A stretch of DNA of 63,221 nt, the filler included. It is 5 parts of 5 records of this genome, joined end to end, with 100 filler letters (N's around TTAATTAATTAA, not from the genome) between each part and the next. Parts side by side here need not be neighbours in the genome. Positions count along the whole stretch, not along the records: positions 7,802 to 35,688 come from DRR723986_7960; positions 35,789 to 50,666 come from DRR723986_7961; 3 more parts are not named here. One strand, given 5' to 3'. The notes beneath the pieces were generated by a model. That model was not told the DNA's origin and made no database searches. It was given only the letters and a program-made list of their open reading frames with translations. Positions 29,645-38,886 of the stretch are shown piece after piece. The translations under genes and the position numbers were made by a program. Within the stretch, counting starts at the first letter, position 1, and the number at the start of each line of letters is the position of its first letter.

Positions 29645-30337
29645 ATGACCTTTGACCGCAAGATCAAGATCGCCCCCTCTATCCTCTCTGCTGATTTCGC
29701 CAACTTTGGCGCAGAATGCCAAGCCATCGAAGCCCAAGGCGCCGATTGGGTCCACGTGGACGTGATGGATGGGCATTTCGTTCCCAACATCACTTTTGGT
29801 CCCGCGACCTGTGCCGCGATCCGCCCCCATATCAAAGGGGTGATGGACGTCCACCTGATGATCGCGCCAGTTGATCCCTATATCGAAGCCTTTGCCAAAG
29901 CAGGCGCGGACGTTATCACCGCACACGTCGAAGCCGGGCCTCATGTCCACCGGACCCTGCAAGCCATCCGCGCCACTGGGTCCAAGGCAGGGATCGCACT
30001 GAACCCCGGTACACCTGTTTCTACGGTTGAACCTTTGCTCAACATGATCGATCTGGTCTGCGTTATGACCGTCAATCCAGGTTTTGGCGGCCAGAAATTC
30101 ATTCACAGCCAAATCGAAAAGGTTGAGCAGCTGCGTGCCCTGATTGGTGAGCGCCCAATTCACATCGAAATTGATGGTGGAGTCGACCCAACCACAGCGC
30201 CTTTGGTCGCCAAAGCTGGTGCAGATGTTCTTGTGGCAGGTTCAGCTGTGTTCAAAGGTGGGTCGGTCACAAACCCTGACGTTTATGGCGACAACATCAA
30301 GGCCATCCGCGCTGCCGCACAGGGCGTCTGGGCCTAA
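29645..30337 (+). CDS. rpe: Ribulose-phosphate 3-epimerase
   Basis: Motifs IAPSILSADF, HVDVMDGHFVPN, MTVNPGFGGQ and IDGG. Confidence 0.97.
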   Translation: MTFDRKIKIAPSILSADFANFGAECQAIEAQGADWVHVDVMDGHFVPNITFGPATCAAIRPHIKGVMDVHLMIAPVDPYIEAFAKAGADVITAHVEAGPHVHRTLQAIRATGSKAGIALNPGTPVSTVEPLLNMIDLVCVMTVNPGFGGQKFIHSQIEKVEQLRALIGERPIHIEIDGGVDPTTAPLVAKAGADVLVAGSAVFKGGSVTNPDVYGDNIKAIRAAAQGVWA

Positions 30338-30367
30338 TCAAATGTGCCACATGACAGCGGACAAACT

Positions 30368-30496
30368 CTCCCGCCCGTCGTCGACCTTTTAACAAAGATC
30401 TCTTCCCGTTGGGCGTAGCGCCGTGCCAAAGGCACGGCGCTACGCCCAAGGCCGCAAAGGGAGCTCGGCATGGCCGAGGTGCCGCGGGCACGGGAG
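30368..30496. repeat. ~130-bp multi-hairpin intergenic element, copy 2
   Basis: CTCCCG/CGGGAG ends and a perfect 19-bp palindrome at 30409-30449. Same orientation as copy 1. Confidence 0.85.
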
Positions 30497-30510
30497 GCTT
30501 TCGAGAGATA

Positions 30511-32004
30511 TCAGCTCAGTTGGTCTGCAAAGAATTCCAACAATTTGTGTTTCAGGATTTTACCGGTTGGCGCTGCGGGCAATTCAGTAGCAACGATGAT
30601 CTGACTTGGGCGTTTGTACCCGGCAAGACGCTGCGCCACAAATGCACGCAACTCTTCTAGGTTCGGGGCGTCGTCAGGCGCCACTTGGACAAACCCAACC
30701 ACCTTTTCATCCCCCTGCACCACTTGACCAATCACAGCCGACTGGATCACTTGAGGGTGATCATTCAGAGCGGCTTCGACTTCGGGGGGATACACATTGA
30801 ACCCGCCGTGGATGATCAATTCCTTACAGCGCCCTGCGATATGCAGATGGCCCCGGTCATCAACCCGTCCCAGATCCCCGGTGCGCAACCAGCCCTCGCT
30901 ATCAAGCGCCTTGTCCGTTTCTTCCGGGTTGCGAAAATACCCCTTCATCACATGGGGTCCACGCGTTTGCACTTCGCCAACCTCATCTCCACCACCCTCA
31001 ACAGCTTGGTCGAGCCGTATCTCAACACCCGGCAATGGTGGACCAACCGAAATATCGGGATCCCCCAACGCGTTGCTTGATGCACAAACCCCCGCCGTGC
31101 TTTCCGTCAAGCCATAGCCATTCTGAATCGCAACACCATAAAACGCCTCGGCCTTACGTTTCCAAGCCGGATCCAACGGCGCTGCCCCAGAGGAGGTATA
31201 GCGCAACACGCTGTTCGGCAGGTGATCAAAGCCCTGTTCTTTGGCATATTGCATCAACAACGCATGCATCTGTGGCACCGCAGAAAAAAGCGTCACACCA
31301 TCATTCAATTGCTCATACAGTCGCGACGCAGAAAACCGTGCTTCTAGCCGCACCGGCGCCCCGGCATAGGTCGCAGCCGTGACAACCGAAGCCAACCCAA
31401 AAACATGGGTGATTGGCAACACGCCATAGACTACATCGTCCTGCGTCATACCACGCAGTTCGGCCGACGTTCGTCCGCCAAACCGCACGTTGTCATGGGT
31501 CAGCATCACCCCCTTAGGTGTGCCTGTTGTACCTGTCGTGAACAGCATAACGGCCACATCGGCCAGCATCTCGTCCGGCGCGCTATCAAAGGGCGTCGCC
31601 AATTGCATCACCCCAAACGGACCGGAAATCCCACGCGCTTGCAGCCGGTCCCCATGGTCAGCCGCATCCCCTGACGCCGCCGAGGTCAACAACACAGCTG
31701 CCGGTTTTGAATGATCCAGAATACGAGACAGTTCGACTTCGGTTTGGCGCGCGTTCACTGGGATGACACAGGCTCCAAGACGCGAGCACGCAAACAGGCT
31801 AGCAATTGCCGACGCACAGTTTTCAGCGACGATCACCACACGATCACAGGGCTGCACCCCGGCCCCGTGCAAGGTATCTTTGAGCGCATCAATCGCTGTG
31901 TCCAGCGTGGCATAGGTCCAATCCGCCCCGCCATCGTCTGTGAACGCCCGCGCGTCCGACCGTGATGCAATCTGCGCCCCTAGGTAGTCATGCCATTTTG
32001 CCAT
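30511..32004 (-). CDS. AMP-forming acyl-CoA synthetase
   Basis: Motifs FTTGTTGTPKGV, GYGLTE, WLRTGDLG and TGKILK. The real start is probably ATG 32004 (GGAGG SD), not 32442. Confidence 0.92.
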   Translation of the reverse strand: MAKWHDYLGAQIASRSDARAFTDDGGADWTYATLDTAIDALKDTLHGAGVQPCDRVVIVAENCASAIASLFACSRLGACVIPVNARQTEVELSRILDHSKPAAVLLTSAASGDAADHGDRLQARGISGPFGVMQLATPFDSAPDEMLADVAVMLFTTGTTGTPKGVMLTHDNVRFGGRTSAELRGMTQDDVVYGVLPITHVFGLASVVTAATYAGAPVRLEARFSASRLYEQLNDGVTLFSAVPQMHALLMQYAKEQGFDHLPNSVLRYTSSGAAPLDPAWKRKAEAFYGVAIQNGYGLTESTAGVCASSNALGDPDISVGPPLPGVEIRLDQAVEGGGDEVGEVQTRGPHVMKGYFRNPEETDKALDSEGWLRTGDLGRVDDRGHLHIAGRCKELIIHGGFNVYPPEVEAALNDHPQVIQSAVIGQVVQGDEKVVGFVQVAPDDAPNLEELRAFVAQRLAGYKRPSQIIVATELPAAPTGKILKHKLLEFFADQLS

Positions 32005-32035
32005 CCTATAAGCCCTCCCCGCTGTTGGCCCCCAG

Positions 32036-32806
32036 TCAAAACACAGGGGCGCGTTTCTCCAGAAATGCCGCGATCCCTTCGGCGGCCTCGTCGCCACCAG
32101 CAGCCCGCGCCATGGCATCGCGCTCTGCGTCCAACTGCGCTGCCTCGCTCGTCTCATAGGCTTGCGCCACCAAGCCGCGAATAACACCCTGCGCAGTGCG
32201 CGGCCCTTGCGCCAATCGATCCGCCAGCTTGTGTGCCGCTGCATCAACCCCACCCATAGGCACCACCGCATTGACAACACCCAGCGCCTCCATCCGCTCG
32301 GCGGATACAGGGCGCGCCAACAGGCACATCTCCATCGCCAAGGCACGTGGCAGCATCCGCGACAAAGCCGACGTAAGCCCCCCATCCGGAACCAAACCCG
32401 CTTTGACATATGCGGCCGTGAACTTGCTCTCTTCGGCGGCAACGATCAGATCACAAGCTAAAGCCAAAGACAGACCAGCCCCTGCCGCGCCACCCTCAAC
32501 AGCGGCGATCACTGGGACTGGGCACGCGCGGATGAGACGAACCAAGCCGTGCAGTTCATCCACCTTGGCGCGTCGTTGTTCTTCGGTCAGTTTGCGCCGC
32601 TCGATCAGAACATTCAGATCGCCACCCGCACAGAAAAAACCACCTTCAGACGTTAGAATAACCGCGCGCACCTGGTCTTGCTCCGCAAGCGCCATCGCGT
32701 CGTGAATGGCCGCATACAGATCGGGCGACAACGCGCCCCGTCGCGCGCTGTTCATATTCACAACAACCAGTCGGTCGCCCAGGTCATCTACGCGTGCCAG
32801 CATCAT
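32036..32806 (-). CDS. Enoyl-CoA hydratase/isomerase (crotonase) family protein
   Basis: Motifs FCAGGDL, VIAAVEGGAAGAG, GLVPDGG and EGIAAFLEKR. Confidence 0.9.
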   Translation of the reverse strand: MMLARVDDLGDRLVVVNMNSARRGALSPDLYAAIHDAMALAEQDQVRAVILTSEGGFFCAGGDLNVLIERRKLTEEQRRAKVDELHGLVRLIRACPVPVIAAVEGGAAGAGLSLALACDLIVAAEESKFTAAYVKAGLVPDGGLTSALSRMLPRALAMEMCLLARPVSAERMEALGVVNAVVPMGGVDAAAHKLADRLAQGPRTAQGVIRGLVAQAYETSEAAQLDAERDAMARAAGGDEAAEGIAAFLEKRAPVF

Positions 32807-33228
32807 TTCGCCTTTGAATGGCGTTTGAACACGCCCGTTGCCGTTGCGATCAAAGTGCCATCTTCATGATGCATTTCACCGTTGATATAGCACAGGTTTC
32901 GCCCACCCCCGGCAGGTTTACCCGTGGCAATGACCCGCCCCTCGCGCACTGCGCCGATGTAATTGGTGTTCAATGAAACCGTCAAAACAAGCGGGTGCTC
33001 CACCCTGTCGAAATAGGCCGAAGCCGTGTTGCCACAGGCGACGTCCAATATCATGGCAATGATACCGCCATGTAAAATACCGTGAGAGTTCAGATGCCCC
33101 GGTGCCAGATCCAAAAAGCACTTGGCGTGCCCCGTCTCTGCACATAGCTCGATCTCAAATCCAATGGCGTTTTGACAGCCCGACCGTTTGATGGTCGGGC
33201 TGTCAGTTTCAGGCTGCGCTGAGGTCAA
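32803..33228 (-). CDS. PaaI family thioesterase
   Basis: Motif HLNSHGILHGGIIAMILDVACG. Start is uncertain (TTG 33228 has a GGAG SD). Confidence 0.85.
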   Translation of the reverse strand: MTSAQPETDSPTIKRSGCQNAIGFEIELCAETGHAKCFLDLAPGHLNSHGILHGGIIAMILDVACGNTASAYFDRVEHPLVLTVSLNTNYIGAVREGRVIATGKPAGGGRNLCYINGEMHHEDGTLIATATGVFKRHSKAK

Positions 33229-34336
33229 TAAACCGCTCCAAGTGATAATCTGCATCTCCGAAACGGTGATCGGTCATCACGATGCGCTTGGCAATATGGG
33301 CCAGTTCGTATTCCTGTGTCATGGCGATACCACCATGCATCTGAATGGACTCTTCTGCCACCAGACGGCCAACACGGGCAATCAGATTGCGCGCCGCTGC
33401 GATTTGCAAATCACGATCAGCACTTTCCAGGTTACCGGCCGCATTGGTCACAGCAGACCGTGCCTGTTCCAGCTCAATCAACAGGTCAGAATAGCGATGT
33501 GCCAACGCTTGGAACGTGCCAATCGGGCGACCAAATTGTTTGCGGGTGACAAGGTATTCGCGCGTCAGTTCCGTCGCAGTTTCCATAGCACCCATGGTTT
33601 CAGCAGCCAACGCCACATTGGCCCGTGCGACTGTATCGACAAGCGCACCATACCCGGCACCCGCTGCGCCCAAACGCGCAGAAACAGGCAGGCGCACATC
33701 ATCCAGCGTGACCTCGGCGGCCCGTCCACCGCTCATCATAGCATAGCCCTGCAGCGTCAAACCGGCTGTGCCCGCAGGCACCAGAAACAACGAAATCCCA
33801 TCCAGATCAAACGCGCCGCCGCCTTCGCGGGCGGACACAATTAGATAGCCGGCCGCCTCGGCATTGATCACAACCGCTTTACGACCGTTCAAGACTATCT
33901 CGTCACCATCGACTTTGGCGGTGGCTTCGACCCGGCTCAGATCATACCGGCTGGCCGGTTCCCCATGCGCCAAGGCAAGGTGCAGGCCACCCGCGATCAC
34001 ATCGTCAATCAGTGCGGTTTGCGTGGCATTACCCAATGCGGTGATCAGTCCGCCGCCTAACACAGCCGTGTCCAAAAACGGCTCTACCACACCAGCGCGG
34101 CCCAGCTCTTCGAACACGGTTGCGATATCAAAGCCCGCGCCGCCAAAACCGCCCTGCTCTTCCGCGAACAACGCACCGATAACGCCCAGCTCAGCCAGCT
34201 CAGCCCAGATTTCCGCGCTTAGGCCCGCGTCGCTCTCAATGATCTCGTTGCGCGCTGTCGTGGTATATCGATCCGACAGGAACCGACGCAGCGTGTCTTG
34301 CAGCATTTGCCGCTCTTCGGTCAGGTCAAAATTCAT
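33209..34336 (-). CDS. Acyl-CoA dehydrogenase small subunit (PimD-like)
   Basis: Motifs MNFDLTEERQMLQD, RKQFGRPIGTFQAL and IQMHGGIAMT. Confidence 0.9.
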   Translation of the reverse strand: MNFDLTEERQMLQDTLRRFLSDRYTTTARNEIIESDAGLSAEIWAELAELGVIGALFAEEQGGFGGAGFDIATVFEELGRAGVVEPFLDTAVLGGGLITALGNATQTALIDDVIAGGLHLALAHGEPASRYDLSRVEATAKVDGDEIVLNGRKAVVINAEAAGYLIVSAREGGGAFDLDGISLFLVPAGTAGLTLQGYAMMSGGRAAEVTLDDVRLPVSARLGAAGAGYGALVDTVARANVALAAETMGAMETATELTREYLVTRKQFGRPIGTFQALAHRYSDLLIELEQARSAVTNAAGNLESADRDLQIAAARNLIARVGRLVAEESIQMHGGIAMTQEYELAHIAKRIVMTDHRFGDADYHLERFIDLSAA

Positions 34337-34339
34337 GGC

Positions 34340-35530
34340 TCACCCTCCCATCTTTACTTTGGCAATAATGCCGCGCTGGATCTCGTTAGAGCCTCCAAAG
34401 ATCGACAATTTGCGATTGTTAAAATACTGCGCCGAAACAGGCCCTGCATAGTCGGGGCCAATCGGATCGTTGTCACCCTCAACCGTTTCAGAGGCAAACG
34501 GCATCGCATAGGGACCAACCGCGCGCCGCATCATATCGTTGATTTCCTGCCGGATAATTGTGCCTTTAACTTTCAACATCGAGCTTTCAACACCCGGTGC
34601 CTGCCCTGCCGAAGCTTGTGAAATAATCCGCAAATTCGTCGTCGACATTGCCATCAGATCAATTTCAACCTGCGCGATCCGCGCGGCAAATAGTGGGTTC
34701 TCGATCAGGGGGCGGCCATTGGCGGTTTCCACCCACGCCACGCGCTTTAGCGCATCTAATCCTGCGCGGCTAAAACCAACACCGGCGATCCCCGTGCGTT
34801 CATGGGTCAGCAGATACTTGGCATAGGTCCAGCCCTTGTTTTCCTCGCCCACAAGGTTCTCGACAGGCACCCGAACATTGTCAAAAAAGACCTCGTTCAC
34901 CTCGGGCGTGCCATCCAACAACACAATCGGGCGCACTTCGATGCCCGGCGTGTTCATATCGATCAGCAGGAATGAAATCCCTTCTTGCTGCTTGGCATCC
35001 GGGTCGGTTCGAACGAGGCAAAAGATCCAATCGGCGTATTGTCCCAAAGTAGTCCAGGTCTTTTGACCGTTGACCACATAGTGATCGCCATCCCGCACTG
35101 CCTTGGTTTTTAAAGAGGCCAGATCAGACCCCGCACCCGGCTCAGAATATCCCTGACACCACCAATCGGTGCCATCCAGAATACGCGGCAGATAATGGTC
35201 CTGTTGTTCTTTGGACCCGAATTTGTGCAACACTGGCGCCAGCATCGACAACCCAAACGGGACAATCCGTGGTGCATAAGCGGCGGCGCATTCATCATCA
35301 AAAATGTGGCGCTGCACAGCGTTCCATTCAGCACCACCAAATTCTTTGGGCCAATTGTACGACAACCACCCCTGATTGTTCAGAATGGAGTGCCAGAGCT
35401 CATGCCCCTCTTTGCCAAGGTTTTCGCCCTGCCGCACCTTGTCTGACATCTCTTTGGGCAGTTTTTCAGCCAGAAACGCCCGCACCTCGTCGCGAAAGGC
35501 TAGTTCTTCGGCGGTATAACTCAAATCCAT
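34340..35530 (-). CDS. Acyl-CoA dehydrogenase large subunit (PimC-like)
   Basis: Motifs WCQGYSEPGAGSDLASLKT, GWTYAKYLLTHER and SIFGGSNEIQR. Confidence 0.92.
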   Translation of the reverse strand: MDLSYTAEELAFRDEVRAFLAEKLPKEMSDKVRQGENLGKEGHELWHSILNNQGWLSYNWPKEFGGAEWNAVQRHIFDDECAAAYAPRIVPFGLSMLAPVLHKFGSKEQQDHYLPRILDGTDWWCQGYSEPGAGSDLASLKTKAVRDGDHYVVNGQKTWTTLGQYADWIFCLVRTDPDAKQQEGISFLLIDMNTPGIEVRPIVLLDGTPEVNEVFFDNVRVPVENLVGEENKGWTYAKYLLTHERTGIAGVGFSRAGLDALKRVAWVETANGRPLIENPLFAARIAQVEIDLMAMSTTNLRIISQASAGQAPGVESSMLKVKGTIIRQEINDMMRRAVGPYAMPFASETVEGDNDPIGPDYAGPVSAQYFNNRKLSIFGGSNEIQRGIIAKVKMGG

Positions 35531-35593
35531 CTCATACTCTTTTCTTCATATCCGATCTCAATTGCGCGCCCGCCCGTCGCCCCGCGTCGGGCC

Positions 35594-35628
35594 GCGCCTG
35601 TCTGGCCCTCGATGGGCCAGACAGGCGC
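35594..35628. repeat. Perfect 15-bp hairpin in thiolase/acyl-CoA dehydrogenase spacer
   Basis: GCGCCTGTCTGGCCC-TCGAT-GGGCCAGACAGGCGC. Confidence 0.8.
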
Positions 35629-35636
35629 CCCTGCGG

Positions 35637-35688
35637 TCAATAAATTTCGAACAGACCCGCAGCGCCCATGCCGCCACCGATACACATG
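35637..35688 (-). CDS. Thiolase (acetyl-CoA C-acyltransferase), last 16 codons only (absent from the ORF track)
   Basis: The minus strand translates to MCIGGGMGAAGLFEIY*, the thiolase C-terminal active-site Cys motif. Confidence 0.85.
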
Positions 35689-35788
35689 NNNNNNNNNNNN
35701 NNNNNNNNNNNNNNNNNNNNNNNNNNNNNNNNTTAATTAATTAANNNNNNNNNNNNNNNNNNNNNNNNNNNNNNNNNNNNNNNNNNNN
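35689..35788. other. Artificial contig-joining spacer
   Basis: N44-TTAATTAATTAA-N44. Confidence 0.98.
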
Positions 35789-38134
35789 GCCGCCCATGCC
35801 GCCCATGCCGCCGCCCATCATTCCACCACCACCCATGTTGATTGGTGGCACTACGAGGTCACCCACTGGGTAAACCTTGTTGATTGGCTCAGCGTTGGCT
35901 GAATCGATGGTTGTAATCTCAAGAACTTCATTCCGTACGATGTACGTCAACTCGAGTGGCTTCAGCATGAGACGGAGAGCACTTCGCAGAGAAACAGGTG
36001 CTGGAAGCGACAGACTGATCTGGGAATCCAAGTCGATCCCCAAGACGTCCAGCTCAGCTTCGTTGATCCAGATCGGAATATTCATATCGTCGCCGATTCC
36101 CTGCATAACCGTCTGCAACGGCTGCCCTGGGTAGTCGGCAGTAATATTCTGCTTCAAAGATGAGAAAATTCGTTGCTCATTTTCGCTACCGCCACCAGCG
36201 AGGTTGATCGAGCCATAACGCTCCTTACGATCAGCCGAAAGCGCTTGCCATACATCGGCAGGTGGATACACCAACGGCGGAACGCCATCAAATGGAACCG
36301 CCGCAGCCTCAACTCCACGCATCGCGTCAACAAACCCCTGCTCACGCAGCTCAAACACATCCAACAATAGTGCTTGGTTAGAAGCCAGAGAACTGACCTC
36401 ACGCGTCACATTGTGTAAAGCGGAATCAGGCACAAGCCGGCCCACTTCAGGAGCAACGTCTTGCTTAGCAACCAGAAACTCTTGCTCTGCCATGAGGAAG
36501 TTGAACTGCTGTACAAGGTTCTTCAAAGTTTCTTCGCGGCGGTTTGTTTCCGCCAACAACCTTTGAACCTGATCGGCCTGCGAACGAATCGCTTCGCTGC
36601 GCTGTACACGGTCAAGATAACGAGCTTCTTTAGCTGCAGTGATCTGAATGGCCGACTGAATCTTCTCTTGCAGTTCTGTGACCACGGTCGGATCTAAGCT
36701 TGTCGCAGCGTCAAGCTCCTCAAGCAACAGCTTCAGTGAGTTCTTAACACCGGTTGGATCCGTGTCTGATTTGACGCGTGCGTCCTTCAGCTTGACTTCA
36801 ATCTCTGTCTTCAAAGCTGCAGCCGCAGATCGCCGAAGTGCTTCTTCCTCGGCAAGCAAATCACCAGCACTATCGAATTCGACACCACGCTGCGGTGGCT
36901 CACCACCAAGCTGGGTGAAACGACCGGTGGGAATTGCCGACTCTTCCTTTTGCTCTGCTTCGCGGAGCAACCGTCGCGCTGCTTCGCTGTTCGGGTCTTT
37001 CTTCAGAGCTTCCTTAGCGATTCGGATCGCTGAATCGACTTGCCCTGATTGCAGAGCATACTTGCCACTCTTAACCATCGCCTCTGCGGTGCTGGCAAGC
37101 ATTACGCTCATCGCACGTAGGCCGTCCGATCCCAGCGTTGGTAGAGAAACTCCACCATCACGACTGGCTGCATCGACGACCGAAGCCAGAAAGCCCATGT
37201 CAGGGTGGCTAGGCTCAGCGGTAATCTGAGTTCGAACGGCAACTTTTTCGCCGGCCGCGCTAGCGAGCAATACCAGTTCACCATCCTTCTCACCTTCGGC
37301 AAGTTCGCCAACGACAACAGTGTCGCGATCGAGACGAAGTGGAGGGAAGCGGGCAGGGAAGTGTCCGGCCAAAGCGCCAGGCAACTCTACCTTTTCAACC
37401 CACAGAACTGGAGTCGAAGTACTGTGTGCCAAATAACGGCCAATGCTCTGGTTGGATTCTTGAATGTTTGCATCGGCGAGAACAATACCACCGGTCTGAT
37501 TCGCCAAAGCAGCCAAGGTTGGCATGTCTACAAACGGCCCGATTGCGAAAGCGCTGAAGGCAATTTGCTTTTCGGCCAACTGCTCGACCAACTTCCGCTG
37601 CTCTTGGCGAGAACGGAACTTGGAACGGTTTACGCCATCACCGATGTAGAGGATCGTCTTCTGTGATTTCGCGTCCCCAAATCGCTCGACGGCCGCCTCG
37701 ACAGCTCCAGCAAGATCAGTCGTGCCGAGAGGGATTCGCTTGCGAAGCCGAGCCATTCCGGTTTCCACTGCTGGATCCGAAACTGGCGACATCGCGGAAA
37801 GCTCAACAGCCTTCACATCGCAAGCCATCAAGGCCATCTCGGCGGATGTTGGAAGTGAGAGAGGCAGTTCCTCGAGCACTTCCAAAGCGTCTCGTCGAAT
37901 TTGCCCAGTCTGGGTAGCCGAAGTATCGAAGAGCACGACCACTTCGAAGCGATCCGCTTCGGGGTAGTCAGCTCGATTGTCCGCAGCCACTGAAAGAGCG
38001 AAGTAACCGCCCGCAGCATCCACGAATGTTGCCAAACGACTCTCGGCGCTCACCTGCGGGCCATCGGCCAAAGCGGCCGGACTGGCCACTGCGCTAATGG
38101 CGAAAAGGAAAGCGAATTGCCTTGCAAACGACAT
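35789..38134 (-). CDS. Secreted vWA-domain protein with helical region and planctomycete STN/secretin-N-like domain, 3'-truncated in a Gly-Met repeat
   Basis: Signal peptide, vWA motifs VVVLFDTSAT and ILYIGDG, then SLRSALRLML..LTYIVRNEVLEITT..KVYPVGDLV, ending in GGGGMMGGGMGGMGG. Confidence 0.7.
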
Positions 38135-38886
38135 CTCAAACTGCTCCTGAAACTCGGTGGGAGATTCAAATTAGGGTTGTCCCGGCCCTGCCAATATCAC
38201 ACCAGTGAATCTGGCGGAAACTAGCCCGGCGAACCACGGGCGTCCTGCTTAAATGCTGCAGCAGTCGCGACTTAACGTCACTCCAGCTCAGCATCCTGAC
38301 AAGACCGAAACTTAGACAAGCGGATCCGGTGATGCCGCAAACGAATAAATCGCTGCGTTCCGGCGTCCGTGTAGAGGTCTCTCCAATCTTGCATTCTATT
38401 TGCCTGCCAGTCTTGCTTCCACAAAAATTGAGGAAAAAGCCCTTTCGGCAAGCCTCGAACCACTGCAAATTATCGCGGCAACGCCAGAAGCAGCAATTGT
38501 CGCGCCAATCGATGCTATTTAGCGTGCGACCGGACTGCAATTGCTAGCATTTAACGTCCGAACGGCTCTCTGCCTGACAATTTGCTTGACGAAATGAGCC
38601 CAGGCGCTCGAACACCGTCACAGATAAACTGCCCGTCCAAGTCGTAGCGGCCACGTCCAGCGTGGCAAAATGCAACACTCGTGAGTGACTGTTGCAAAAA
38701 TGCATCCTCAAAATCGCGACTTCCCAATCAAGAGTCGCATTTCTTCTAATCCGCAGAGTCTGCCTAGTCGATACGTAGAAACGGTACACGCCGCCGAAGG
38801 TCCGCACCGGCGCGCCGACACCTAGCTACCAAACCTCCAACCAAAGTTTCGCTCCACCGAGCCAAACAAACCAGGGAGTCGACCTG

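Noticed and set aside
24435..30496. The two repeats as ends of a composite transposon, or as CRISPR repeats
   Set aside because: There is no transposase or target-site duplication, and the enclosed region includes housekeeping rpe. The copies are 5.8 kb apart and diverged, with no spacer periodicity or cas genes.
32005..32442. 146-aa N-terminal extension of the CoA ligase (apparent fusion or frameshift)
   Set aside because: It is an off-frame read through the crotonase gene. A good SD and ATG exist at 32004.
35600..35900. Link between the beta-oxidation cluster and the vWA gene via similar GGCGGCATGGGC sequences at both contig ends
   Set aside because: These are coincidental Gly-Gly-Met-Gly codons in unrelated proteins from different organisms.
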